NCBI GenBank assembly: GCA_031549455.1
Contig: JAVBPT010000028.1
Location: 3,850-67,849 of the forward strand
Length of the DNA: 64,000 nt
From: Eubacteriales bacterium
GTDB lineage: Bacteria > Bacillota > Clostridia > Lachnospirales > JAKSVV01
Direction: 5' to 3'
In this document: positions 19,033-28,806 of the stretch, in pieces
Position numbering within the stretch: position 1 is the stretch's first letter
Layout: every line of letters starts with the position of its first letter
Notes under the pieces: model-generated
What the model was told of the DNA's origin: nothing
Seen by the model: only the letters and a program-made list of their open reading frames with translations
The model's database searches: none
Position numbers and translations under genes: made by a program

Positions 19033-21102
19033 TTAGGAAATGGCAAGAATTGTGCTTGAAAAGGGTGGTATACTGATTTTGATATTGCCATCAAAGACAA
19101 CATACTCATCTGTATTTTCATAAAATCCAGAAACGTCTGTTGCAAATATTTTTTTGAGTTTGCTTTCATCTGGTATTTCCACCATCCATACCGGAATCAC
19201 TAGGTCAAGTTTTGGATATTCGTTATTGTTAAATATCACAATCACCTTTTCATTTTCATTGAACCGCGCATAAGAGAGAATATTGTAATCACCTACCAGA
19301 TAGATTAAAGATCCTGTCTTTAAAGCCCTATATCTCTTATGAATCTCTATAATTTTCTTATAGAAAGCGAGGAGTTCGTGATCCTCTCTTCCCCAAGGAT
19401 AGGTTCGCCTGTTGTCTGGGTCTGTCCATCCTGTCAACCCCGCCTCATCCCCGTAGTAGATCGTTGGCGCTCCCGGCCATGTCATCTGTAAAACAGTGGC
19501 CTCCTTTAATATTCCCTTGTTCGTGTCCATGCTTGCACCGGTAGTGCCTTTTGAATAGATTCGCCCAATCGTCCGGTTGGTCCGTGTCAAAAATCGTGAA
19601 TGATCGTGATTTGAAATCTGATTCATAGCCGTCTCAAGAGATTGAATCGGCATTTGTCCTTGAAACCATTTCATGGTGTTGATGAAAATTTCTGTGCCTC
19701 CCAATAGCTCCTTTTTCTCTTTATCACTATGCTTCTCCATACCTGTGAAATAGTAGCTCACCGGTTCCATAAAGGCCTCATAGTTCATAATGGTATCCCA
19801 CTCATCTCCCCGTAACCATTCAGATGGGTTCTCGTAATGTTCTGCCAAGATAACCGCATCTCTATTTGCTGTCTTGACTGACTTTCTAAAGTCTTTCCAA
19901 AACTGATGGTTGAATTCTTTAGAATAGCCAAGATCCGCGGCCACATCAAGTCTCCACCCATCTGCCTGATAGGGGTCTGCTATCCACTTTCTAGCCACTG
20001 ACATCACATAATGATATAACTCCTCTGAGCCTTCATAATGTAGCTTAGGCAACTCCTCATAATCCCACCATTTATCATAGGATAAGTTATAGGGCCATTT
20101 TTCCTCTCTAAATTTAAAGTAGTTCACATATGGACTGTTCTTGTCAATAAACGCTCCATTCTCATAGCCCGCCTTTTCATAATATATCTTTTCACGATCC
20201 AACCATTTGTTAAAAGAGCCGCAATGATTAAATACACCATCTAAGATCACTTTAATGCCCAGGCTGTGAGCCTTTTGAATAAGCATTCTCAGGAGCTCAT
20301 TGCTCGCCTTTAAGTTATCAAAGTTTGTAACTCTTTCAATGTACTTTTCCGACTGGCTATTTGAAACCATGTTCGCATCTAGCACGCCCTCTTTATCACT
20401 CACAATCTTTCCAATATGTGGATCTACATATTCATAGTCTTGGGTGTCATAGCGGTGATTACTCGGAGACACAAAAATGGGATTAAAATAGACTGCTTCA
20501 ACACCGAGTTCTTTTAAATACTCTAATTTATCCATCACCCCTTGTAAGTCTCCGCCATAGAACTTTGTGTTGTCTTTTACATCCGGAAGCTCATACCAAT
20601 CTTTGGCCTTTTTGACATACTCATTCTTATCAATCACGGCGTTATTTATAAATTCTTTTCCCCTATACATATATTCATCTGTTTCAACATCATTTGAAGG
20701 ATCCCCGTTACAAAAGCGGTCGATAAAAATTTGGTACATCACCGCACCACGAGACCACTCCGGCACTTTAAAATCAATCACAATCTGAAAATCAAAATTG
20801 TGGTCGATTGAATTGCTAATGCCATTTCGATTATAATAAAATACAGTTCCCTCTTTGTTTTCTAATTCATAATAATAGGTCGCATTCTTTAGTACCAAAA
20901 TGCTTACACCAAAAAAGTCGAACATCTTATCGTTCTTCTCTTTTTTCATCTCATACGTATTGTTGTCAAAAATAATTCTGATTTTTGTAAAGTCTTTTTT
21001 TCCAACTCTTATCTTAAATCTTACTTTTTCTTTCTTAGATGGCGCATAAGGGGTCACAAAGTTTTCTGTTTCATCTGTGAAAACAGCAAGCTTATTGATC
21101 AT
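19033..21102 (-). CDS. GH13 alpha-amylase-family glycoside hydrolase (neopullulanase / cyclomaltodextrinase-like)
   Basis: GH13 conserved regions VFNHCG, DGWRLDVAADL, ILAEHYE and SNHDHSRF. I place the start at ATG 21102 (GGGAGG SD), not at the track's TTG at 21114. Confidence 0.85.
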   Translation of the reverse strand: MINKLAVFTDETENFVTPYAPSKKEKVRFKIRVGKKDFTKIRIIFDNNTYEMKKEKNDKMFDFFGVSILVLKNATYYYELENKEGTVFYYNRNGISNSIDHNFDFQIVIDFKVPEWSRGAVMYQIFIDRFCNGDPSNDVETDEYMYRGKEFINNAVIDKNEYVKKAKDWYELPDVKDNTKFYGGDLQGVMDKLEYLKELGVEAVYFNPIFVSPSNHRYDTQDYEYVDPHIGKIVSDKEGVLDANMVSNSQSEKYIERVTNFDNLKASNELLRMLIQKAHSLGIKVILDGVFNHCGSFNKWLDREKIYYEKAGYENGAFIDKNSPYVNYFKFREEKWPYNLSYDKWWDYEELPKLHYEGSEELYHYVMSVARKWIADPYQADGWRLDVAADLGYSKEFNHQFWKDFRKSVKTANRDAVILAEHYENPSEWLRGDEWDTIMNYEAFMEPVSYYFTGMEKHSDKEKKELLGGTEIFINTMKWFQGQMPIQSLETAMNQISNHDHSRFLTRTNRTIGRIYSKGTTGASMDTNKGILKEATVLQMTWPGAPTIYYGDEAGLTGWTDPDNRRTYPWGREDHELLAFYKKIIEIHKRYRALKTGSLIYLVGDYNILSYARFNENEKVIVIFNNNEYPKLDLVIPVWMVEIPDESKLKKIFATDVSGFYENTDEYVVFDGNIKISIPPFSSTILAIS

Positions 21103-21117
21103 ATTTCCTCCCAAGCA

Positions 21118-22587
21118 TTACGCGATTTGCCATTTTTTATTTTGGATCGTTTCATAAAGCCGAATATACTTCTTGGCTGATGAATTCCATGAATAATCTA
21201 ATTTCATGATATTGGTCACAATATTTGTCCATGCACTTTTATCTGTGGTATATAACTGATAAGCAGCGCGTACGGCATCCATCAGTTCGGATGAGGATGC
21301 ATTTCTAAACGTAAAGCCCGTAGCTTTTGCCGCTTTATTTTTATAATTAATAACGGTATCTGCAAGTCCACCAGTAGCCCGTGCAATTGGAACTGTTCCA
21401 TATCTAAAGCTAATGAGTTGGGTGAGACCGCATGGCTCAAACCTAGATGGAATTAAGATCATATCACTTGCTGCATAAAGCTTATTTGCATACTCTTCGC
21501 TAAACATAATATGTGCCTTCACTTTGTGCGGTGCCCTAGTTTCCATATAACTAAACATCTCTTCAATCCACCTGTCCCCTGTTCCGAGAATAACAAGCTG
21601 AATATCCATGCCAAGGAGTTCTTCTATGTTATCGCCAATCAAATCCAGTCCTTTTTGATCCGTCAAGCGGGACACGATTGAAATCAATGGGGTATTCACA
21701 TTCTCAGCAAATCCAAGTTCTCTCTGTAAACTCAATTTATTATTGCTCTTTCGGTCCAGCTTCTCAATGCTATAATTCTTCCAAATGATTTCATCTGTGA
21801 ATGGATTGTAAAAGTCATTATCGATTCCATTTAAGATGCCATATAACTTATGATTTTGTTCGCGAAGAAGGCCCTCTAAATCACAGCCGTAGGTAGGCGT
21901 TTGTATTTCTCTGGCATACATTTCACTCACTGTATTCAGCTTATCGCAATACAGGATCCCCGCCTTCATCATATTGACTTTGCCATAAAATTCTAGTTTA
22001 TGACTCACAAAATAGGAATCATCAAGTTGCATCATATTCAAAAATTCTTTTCCACACCAGCCCTGAAATTTTAGATTGTGAATGGTGAACACTGTTTTTA
22101 TATCCTTATAAAAATCCGTTTTACGGTATACTTCGCTAAGCATTGCACAAATTGAACCCGTTTGCCAGTCATTACAATGCATAATATCTGGACAAAAGTC
22201 AATGATCGGAAGCATATTTAAAACAGCCTTTGAAAAAAACATAAATCGTTCGCCATCATCATCGTATCCATACATTCCGTCCCGTTCAAAGTAATAATCA
22301 TTTTGAATAAAATAGTAGGTTAAAAAATTTCCCTGGTCTGTTTTCCACTTACATTCATATAGATTGGCCGTTTGATTTCTCCAATCTAGTTGAACGTTAA
22401 ATGTAAAAATTTTGGTCATCATCTTTTTGTACTCTGTTTTTATAGACTTGTACATTGGCATCACCACTCTCATGTCATACCCATTGTCAACGATATTTTT
22501 TGGCAATGTTCCCGCGACATCTGCAAGCCCGCCAGATTTGGCAAATGGAACCGCTTCACTTGATACCATTAAAATACGATTAATCAT
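21118..22587 (-). CDS. glgA: Glycogen synthase
   Basis: N-terminal SSEAVPFAKSGGLADV (K-GGL motif) and a GT5 fold; 489 aa. Confidence 0.92.
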   Translation of the reverse strand: MINRILMVSSEAVPFAKSGGLADVAGTLPKNIVDNGYDMRVVMPMYKSIKTEYKKMMTKIFTFNVQLDWRNQTANLYECKWKTDQGNFLTYYFIQNDYYFERDGMYGYDDDGERFMFFSKAVLNMLPIIDFCPDIMHCNDWQTGSICAMLSEVYRKTDFYKDIKTVFTIHNLKFQGWCGKEFLNMMQLDDSYFVSHKLEFYGKVNMMKAGILYCDKLNTVSEMYAREIQTPTYGCDLEGLLREQNHKLYGILNGIDNDFYNPFTDEIIWKNYSIEKLDRKSNNKLSLQRELGFAENVNTPLISIVSRLTDQKGLDLIGDNIEELLGMDIQLVILGTGDRWIEEMFSYMETRAPHKVKAHIMFSEEYANKLYAASDMILIPSRFEPCGLTQLISFRYGTVPIARATGGLADTVINYKNKAAKATGFTFRNASSSELMDAVRAAYQLYTTDKSAWTNIVTNIMKLDYSWNSSAKKYIRLYETIQNKKWQIA

Positions 22588-22598
22588 ATCTCCCCCAT

Positions 22599-24005
22599 CT
22601 ATAATTGTGAAATCACAATTTCTCCATTCTTCTTATAAATTCTACAAAAGCTGATATCATCATTAATTGTTTTCTTTTCTCCACAGATCTCAACGCGTAC
22701 TCCTGAATGAACAGGCCCTTCCACTTTGATGTTATAATCATTTGCCTGATCCAGCTGCTTTAAGATTGCCTCCGTTTGAGATTCCAAATCCGGCACCTTC
22801 TTTTCTAGGTACTCTTGTGTTTTTTGTGATTTTTCATATAACTCAATCTGTGGTCCCACAAGTTGACCAAGATCCTTTTTTTTGCTCAAAACCGCCACAA
22901 TCTGTTCCATCTTAATTAGTTCAGTCTGCGCCTTCTTTAGTTCATCCGAAAGCGCTCTATAGTTCTCAAGCAATTTGAGATCTTGTCCCACCACCAGGTT
23001 GGTTTGAGTGGCCATATGAGAGCCTAGAGATTTTGCGACAATCCCTTTATAAGCGGATATGTTTCCTCCAACCACAAGTCCTGCCTTTCCATTGGCTTCT
23101 AACAGACCGCCGCATTTCACATTTGAATGCATCACGCTCGCACTGGTTATATTTCCATAAACAATTACTTCTGAATTTTCAATAAATTTCGCATACAAGT
23201 TTCCTTTTGCTTCGATCTTACAGGCGTTGTTTCCTTGTATACCTCCTGCTATCATAATATCGCCACCAGCAATGATGACCGCTCCTTCTACCACTCCGTT
23301 TACAGTAAGATTTCCTTCTGCTTTTACGCTATATCCTTTTCGGACATTCCCCTTAATGGTAATGCTCCCTAAAAATTCAATATTTCCTGTTTCTGCATCC
23401 ACATCTCCGGACACCTCATACATATCCAAAATGGAATATTTACCATCCGATTTTACAAGCTCACCATTCGTAGCGGCGTAAAGCTTCATTTTATCTTCTG
23501 AAAGCCTCGTATTTTTACCTTCATACAAGATCACTTGCTTCCCCGGCTTTGCAATAAGCTCTTGCCCCAATATATTTTTCCCATTTGTTCCTTCTTTTGG
23601 TGGCATAAGCTCTGCAATGAGCGTATCCTTTACGATATTATGTATTAGGTTTAGGTTATAAAAATCCACTGTTCCATCTTCTTGTAGTTTGGGACCCTTT
23701 TCTTCAATTGTAAGCTTGTTTTCTACATAGCCATTTTCTCCATCGATCGTCTTGATTCCCTCTGCAACAAGCATCTTCTCATTAAAACGATTTGGGTTTT
23801 GAGGCATTAATTGGATTTCTTCGCTTTTGATACCAAAAGCAATCCCCGCTTCTTGCAACCTCTTTACGATCTTTTCAGCGGTTATTGCATTTCCACCCTC
23901 TTTTGCTTCATAAAAAGATGCAAAAGCGAAGAGCTTATCCGGTGTAATCTCTATCTTAACTTCTTCATCAACTGCTTTCTTTTCCTCGTTTGTACCGTCT
24001 ACCAT
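22599..24005 (-). CDS. FapA-family (DUF342) flagellar-assembly-associated protein
   Basis: Beta-helix-like G-rich repeats (GNVRKGYSVKAEGNLTVNGVVEGAVIIAGGDIMIAGGI) and a C-terminal coiled coil. It sits after fliA. Start moved to ATG 24005 (GAGGTG SD), which avoids overlap with fliA. Confidence 0.75.
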   Translation of the reverse strand: MVDGTNEEKKAVDEEVKIEITPDKLFAFASFYEAKEGGNAITAEKIVKRLQEAGIAFGIKSEEIQLMPQNPNRFNEKMLVAEGIKTIDGENGYVENKLTIEEKGPKLQEDGTVDFYNLNLIHNIVKDTLIAELMPPKEGTNGKNILGQELIAKPGKQVILYEGKNTRLSEDKMKLYAATNGELVKSDGKYSILDMYEVSGDVDAETGNIEFLGSITIKGNVRKGYSVKAEGNLTVNGVVEGAVIIAGGDIMIAGGIQGNNACKIEAKGNLYAKFIENSEVIVYGNITSASVMHSNVKCGGLLEANGKAGLVVGGNISAYKGIVAKSLGSHMATQTNLVVGQDLKLLENYRALSDELKKAQTELIKMEQIVAVLSKKKDLGQLVGPQIELYEKSQKTQEYLEKKVPDLESQTEAILKQLDQANDYNIKVEGPVHSGVRVEICGEKKTINDDISFCRIYKKNGEIVISQL

Positions 24006-24015
24006 TCGTACCACC

Positions 24016-24798
24016 TCAATCCAATAATATCGTTTGAAATTTTCCAAGCTTGTTCTTTAATTTCAAGAGAACTTTTGAGTGCAGTTGAGAAATTCGGGAT
24101 TCAGAAACCTCAAGCACCTTACTAATTTCCTTTAATGTGAGTTCTTCATAATAATATAAGAATACCAATTTCTTTTCTCTTTCATTTAATATATTCAGTG
24201 CATCTTTTAACATCTCTTTAGCCTCATCGTTCTCGATTTCCTTTTCTGGACTGATCGCTTTGCTATCTTCGCTCAGGTCGAGCACGTTGGTTTCATGATT
24301 TTGATCTGTATAGTCATCAAGTGAAATCACTTGCGCAATAGTGGTTTCCTGCATCAGTTTTTCAACTTCATCAGGCTTTACTTCCATCTTTTCTGCAATT
24401 TCCTCATCTGTAGGAAATCTTCCAAGCTCAGCTTCAAGTTCGCTGATGACCTTTTCGAATTGTTTTTGCTTTTGCCTTAGCGTTCTTGGAATCCAATCCA
24501 TCTTTCGAATGCTATCCAGAATAGCTCCCCTGATGCGAAGTGAAGCGTAGGTTTCAAATTTTACATTTTTGGTAAATTTATATTTGTCTACCGCATCAAT
24601 CAAGCCAAAAATTCCATAGCTCACCAGATCGTCATACTCAACATTTCCTGCAAGGTAAACATTCATTCTTCCGGCTATATATTTTACAAGCGGTGTATAA
24701 CCAACAATGATTTTGTCCTTTAATTCTTTTTTCTGTGAACCCTTATAGTGTTCCCAAATCCCCTCTAGTTCATCAGAATTTTTAATAATACTGCCCAT
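24016..24798 (-). CDS. fliA: Flagellar RNA polymerase sigma factor (sigma-28 / SigD)
   Basis: Sigma-70 regions 2 to 4, with region 4.2 HTH LTLKEISKVLEVSESRISQLHSKVLLKLK. It follows cheC-cheD. Confidence 0.88.
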   Translation of the reverse strand: MGSIIKNSDELEGIWEHYKGSQKKELKDKIIVGYTPLVKYIAGRMNVYLAGNVEYDDLVSYGIFGLIDAVDKYKFTKNVKFETYASLRIRGAILDSIRKMDWIPRTLRQKQKQFEKVISELEAELGRFPTDEEIAEKMEVKPDEVEKLMQETTIAQVISLDDYTDQNHETNVLDLSEDSKAISPEKEIENDEAKEMLKDALNILNEREKKLVFLYYYEELTLKEISKVLEVSESRISQLHSKVLLKLKNKLGKFQTILLD

Positions 24799-24808
24799 TA
24801 AGCACCTC

Positions 24809-25327
24809 TTAAATCACTTTAATCTGTTTCCCGACCGTCTTTATTTCTACCTCACCTGCATCTGTATGTAAAACAATTGTGCGCCCATAATTTGCTCCGG
24901 TATCCTCGGCCAAAATGCGAATATTGAACTTGGCAAGCCATTCTTTGGAAGCCTTTATATTATTCTCGCCCACTTGAAACACCTCAAAGTTCGAATTGTT
25001 GACAGCGAACATTTTGGCTCCACCTGCTAGCTTAGCTTCAAGGTGGTTAATGTCCGCTCCTGCTTTCTCAAGTGCACTTAAAAGCTCCAGAATCCCTGTG
25101 TCCACAAATTTAGCTTTTACAACAGTTCCACTACTTCGTCTACTATCAGGTAGCATCGCATGAAGCATGCCGCCTACTCGATTTACTCTGTCAAATAATG
25201 TAAGTCCCACACAAGATCCAAGCCCTAATGTTGTAAGGCAGAGAGGGTATTTTGCAACTTTGAAGTCACCCATCCCCACTTGAATCATATCTTTAAAAGT
25301 AACATTCTGTATCACATTTCCACCCAT
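24809..25327 (-). CDS. cheD: Chemoreceptor glutamine deamidase CheD
   Basis: CheD signature LGLGSCVGLTLFD...GGMLHAMLP. It overlaps the cheC stop by 16 nt. Confidence 0.85.
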   Translation of the reverse strand: MGGNVIQNVTFKDMIQVGMGDFKVAKYPLCLTTLGLGSCVGLTLFDRVNRVGGMLHAMLPDSRRSSGTVVKAKFVDTGILELLSALEKAGADINHLEAKLAGGAKMFAVNNSNFEVFQVGENNIKASKEWLAKFNIRILAEDTGANYGRTIVLHTDAGEVEIKTVGKQIKVI

Positions 25328-25926
25328 AAGCTTTTTAATATTTTAGCCAACGATTCTTCATCCGGAATTAGTAGATAATAACCCACAATCTTGTCTGTGT
25401 CATTCTTAAATTCGGTTTCAACAAGCAAAACTTCGTCACTCATGATTCCATATTGGGTTGCGGGAACAGATAAAATGGCACCTGCCATATCGATCGATAG
25501 ATACGGCGTAGATTGACTAATATTTAATTTTGTCAAGTCCGCAAAAGCGGACAGATAAGAACCTGTCAAAATGTTTCCAATTTCATTTAATACGGATAGT
25601 TCCATACTTTCTAGATTATAGACATCATTTACCTCTTTGTGTAACAAAATCTCTATAATTCGTTTTGCAGATGCAATTGGCATGATATGCATCATCGTAG
25701 CGCTAATCTCGCCCTCCACCTCATGAAACACACCAACTGTAAGGGCTTCTTCATCCCCCAAGAGCTTTGCGATATCACTGATCTTAACCAAACGCACATT
25801 CGGAACATCCATATGTAATACATTTTGCATTAAAGTTGCAAGCGCTGTGGTGGCATGTCCGGAACCAATATTTGCAATTTCCTTAAAAATATCGATATAC
25901 ACTTCATTAAGATGATTGATATCCAT
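25312..25926 (-). CDS. cheC: CheY-P phosphatase CheC
   Basis: CheC/FliY motif EIANIGSGHATTALA. Start moved to ATG 25926 (AAAGGAGA SD), because the track's ATG at 25947 lies inside the -10 box. Confidence 0.85.
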   Translation of the reverse strand: MDINHLNEVYIDIFKEIANIGSGHATTALATLMQNVLHMDVPNVRLVKISDIAKLLGDEEALTVGVFHEVEGEISATMMHIMPIASAKRIIEILLHKEVNDVYNLESMELSVLNEIGNILTGSYLSAFADLTKLNISQSTPYLSIDMAGAILSVPATQYGIMSDEVLLVETEFKNDTDKIVGYYLLIPDEESLAKILKSLWVEM

Positions 25927-25945
25927 GGCAGTCTCCTTTTGTATC

Positions 25946-25973
25946 ATTATAGAGTTATTTTTATAAAATACAA
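25946..25973 (-). promoter_or_regulatory. Sigma-A-type promoter for cheC-cheD-fliA
   Basis: Minus strand: TTGTAT (25973-25968), 16-nt spacer, TATAAT (25951-25946). Confidence 0.6.
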
Positions 25974-25989
25974 GGATTTTTATACAATT

Positions 25990-28014
25990 TTATGAAACGT
26001 CATTGAAATAATTGTCGATACTTACCTTGATATTTTCAATGACTTCTTCTACCTTTTTATCTTTTAATTGTACCCCAGCTGCTGTGAAGTGTCCGCCGCC
26101 CCCCAGCTCTTCCATAATGATTTGTACATTCACATTCCCGTTTGATCTAGCGCTAATTGAAGTCATATTGTCCTCGCCTTGGTAAAGCACAAACGAAGCC
26201 TCCACATCCACAATATTTAAAAGCTCATCTGCAATCTGTGCCACCACAATAAAATTATTCTTTACATTGCTCGGACAAACTGTAATCACTGTTTTTTCCT
26301 TATATATTTGAGCATCCAAAACCGCTCTTGCTTTCTTCTTAAAAGTCTCGAAATCGTTTTGGAATAAAAACTTCACCCGCATATTCTCAGCACCGCACTT
26401 CTTTAAGAAGGCTGCTGCCTCAAATGTTTTGACTCCTGTTTTAAACATAAAGTTCTTGGTATCCACTAGGATCCCTGCAAGCATTGCATCCACTTCAATC
26501 TCTGTAAACTTAATCTTCTCAACCATGTACTGTAAGATGTGTACCACCGCTTCACAGGAGGAAGAGGCAAATGGATCCAGGTAAACCACCTTTGCCTTTT
26601 CTATAAAAGAGGTTCCACGGATATGATGATCTATGACCGCAACATTATCCATTATTTCAATCAATTCCGGGCATTCGGTATAACTCGGCACATTAACGTC
26701 CACCACAATTAAAAGCGTGTTATCTGAGTTCATCTCCTTTGCTCTTTCAGAAGGCAAAAAGAGGTCATCCTCATACTCATCCGATTGAACGATCTTATCA
26801 TATACATTTTGAATCGCATTGTTGATAGAATCCAACACGATATAACTTGTTTTCCCAAGCTCCTTGGCCGCTCTACGCATCCCCAATGCAGCCCCTAGTG
26901 CATCCAGGTCAATATTTTTGTGCCCCATGATAATGACATTCGATACGCCATCCATCATTTCTTTCAGAGCATATGCCTTGATTCTTGCTCTTGCCTTCGT
27001 GGCATTCTGACCCTCAATCTCTTGTTTGGATTTTGCGCCATAAAAGTCATAAATATTTTCTTCTTTTTTCACAACTGCTTGATTTCCACCACGTGTTACA
27101 GCAAGTTCAATTGCATCTTTTGCATTCTCCATTAATAGCTCAATGGTATCCCCAAAGGTGCTCATCCCAATGCTTAATGTCACTGGAAGATCATTTCCAA
27201 TGCTAATCTTTCTAATCTCCTCCAAAATCTTAAACTTGGACTCTATAATGATATTCATTTTGCTCTTGGTGAGAATAATTAGGAATTTATCGCGCTCTAG
27301 TTGCTTAATACTTCCATCAAGTTCTTTAATATACTTCTGAAGATTTCGGCTCACAAGTCCAAACAGCATTGGCCTTTTCGTGTCCTCTATGCTGTTTGTA
27401 ATCTCCTCATAATTATCAATGTATACATACCCCAGTACGATCTTGCTCTCCTCATATTTGTTTTTAAGCTCCACTTTTTCTGTAACATCAATAAAGAAAA
27501 TGGTATAATAATTATCCATTTCGCTAGTCACTTCATTCCTTCGCTTGATAACCTCCACTTTTACGTGATAGTAATGATTATTAAACGAAAGCGTTTTAGG
27601 ATTCTCTTTCATGATCTCTTCAATATCAAAATCCTTTATATAATCAACCAATTTCTTGTTTAAAAAGTCCTTCTTATCTAATATTTCAATAAACATATTG
27701 TTATACCAAACTATCTTCATGTCCTCATCGGTCACGACAGTTGGAACAGGCGTATTGTACTCCACTTCCTTTGCCACCATCTTTTGCAGCTTTCTATCCG
27801 GCACAAAACTCTTCAGCAGTTTTTGAAGCAAGAAGTTTAAAATGGTAAAAATGAATACGTTGACCACAAAAACGATGCCCACAAAAAAGAAAAACTCTCG
27901 TGAAAAACGCAATCTTAAAAAGGCATCCACATAGAGCATAACCGAAATGAGGATCTGTGTGATCATCAAATATTTTTTAACTTTTCCGAAAAATTCTTTT
28001 ACTTCCATTTTCAC
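25990..28014 (-). CDS. gdpP: GdpP-type cyclic-di-AMP phosphodiesterase (2 TM, PAS, degenerate GGDEF, DHH/DHHA1)
   Basis: Two N-terminal TM helices, the DHH motif (AVIDHH) and the DHHA1 GGGGH motif (LGGGGHFTAAG); 674 aa. Confidence 0.85.
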   Translation of the reverse strand: MKMEVKEFFGKVKKYLMITQILISVMLYVDAFLRLRFSREFFFFVGIVFVVNVFIFTILNFLLQKLLKSFVPDRKLQKMVAKEVEYNTPVPTVVTDEDMKIVWYNNMFIEILDKKDFLNKKLVDYIKDFDIEEIMKENPKTLSFNNHYYHVKVEVIKRRNEVTSEMDNYYTIFFIDVTEKVELKNKYEESKIVLGYVYIDNYEEITNSIEDTKRPMLFGLVSRNLQKYIKELDGSIKQLERDKFLIILTKSKMNIIIESKFKILEEIRKISIGNDLPVTLSIGMSTFGDTIELLMENAKDAIELAVTRGGNQAVVKKEENIYDFYGAKSKQEIEGQNATKARARIKAYALKEMMDGVSNVIIMGHKNIDLDALGAALGMRRAAKELGKTSYIVLDSINNAIQNVYDKIVQSDEYEDDLFLPSERAKEMNSDNTLLIVVDVNVPSYTECPELIEIMDNVAVIDHHIRGTSFIEKAKVVYLDPFASSSCEAVVHILQYMVEKIKFTEIEVDAMLAGILVDTKNFMFKTGVKTFEAAAFLKKCGAENMRVKFLFQNDFETFKKKARAVLDAQIYKEKTVITVCPSNVKNNFIVVAQIADELLNIVDVEASFVLYQGEDNMTSISARSNGNVNVQIIMEELGGGGHFTAAGVQLKDKKVEEVIENIKVSIDNYFNDVS

Positions 28015-28797
28015 CTACTTCTGTTTATAAACAATAATGTTTATATTAAATAAACTCTGAGTAAATCCTATGATAAAATAAATCTGCGGGATGACGAAAA
28101 ACAAAACAAGATTGATTAGGAAATAAGCGTTTTTCATCAAACTGTTTCTTATTCTCACAAATTTGGTAGACAGTTGTAAACCATAGATAAGGATCACGAT
28201 ATAGATTAATCCAATCATATTTTGTATGGTTCTTTCTATAATCGGATTACCACTTGTAAAGAAAAAATCAAATACAAGCATGGTCACAAGCAAGATGGGT
28301 ACTTTCGCCGGAAGATATAAAATCCTGTTTTTTTCTTGTATCTTGTTCTTCACAATATTTTTAATTTTCTCGCCCGTTTTATCTTTTGTCTCATCATAGA
28401 GTACATATAAAATAAAATATTTTATTCTAAAGTATACCGAATCAATCACCAATACCAAGCTCAGCAGAAAAACCACCAGTATAGCGGGTGCAAAGTAATA
28501 GAGTAGCTCAAAAAAAGTATCCAAGTTCAGATGATTTCGATAAGTGAAGTCTGCGATATCGACAACCGTGTAGGTGTTTTCTCCTTTTCCAAGCCCATCC
28601 TCAAGTTTCTCAATCGAACGGTCAACGTCTTGGGTCAAAAACTCTTTTAGCGCATCAATTTTCCTATAGCCGTAATCAACAAGATTAAACTGATAATAAT
28701 GATGACAAACAAAATAGAAAGCAATGCAGAATGCAATGACAAACAACAAATTTCTTTCTATTTTCTTATTCTTAGTAAATTGACCTAATTTTAGCAT
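28015..28797 (-). CDS. Polytopic membrane protein of unknown function, abutting the gdpP start
   Basis: ORF track; about 5-6 hydrophobic helices. Its stop codon directly abuts the gdpP ATG. No motif recognised. Confidence 0.6.
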   Translation of the reverse strand: MLKLGQFTKNKKIERNLLFVIAFCIAFYFVCHHYYQFNLVDYGYRKIDALKEFLTQDVDRSIEKLEDGLGKGENTYTVVDIADFTYRNHLNLDTFFELLYYFAPAILVVFLLSLVLVIDSVYFRIKYFILYVLYDETKDKTGEKIKNIVKNKIQEKNRILYLPAKVPILLVTMLVFDFFFTSGNPIIERTIQNMIGLIYIVILIYGLQLSTKFVRIRNSLMKNAYFLINLVLFFVIPQIYFIIGFTQSLFNINIIVYKQK

Positions 28798-28806
28798 TTT
28801 TACCCC

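Noticed and set aside
21102-21114. ORF-track N-terminal extensions using TTG/GTG or upstream ATG (for example 21114, 24047, 25947, 32658, 42980, 44936, 46578, 50771, 51658, 53713, 56869, 62562, 62764)
   Set aside because: In each case the extension contains the SD or promoter of the gene itself, or overlaps the preceding gene. A downstream start with a proper SD spacing is more plausible.
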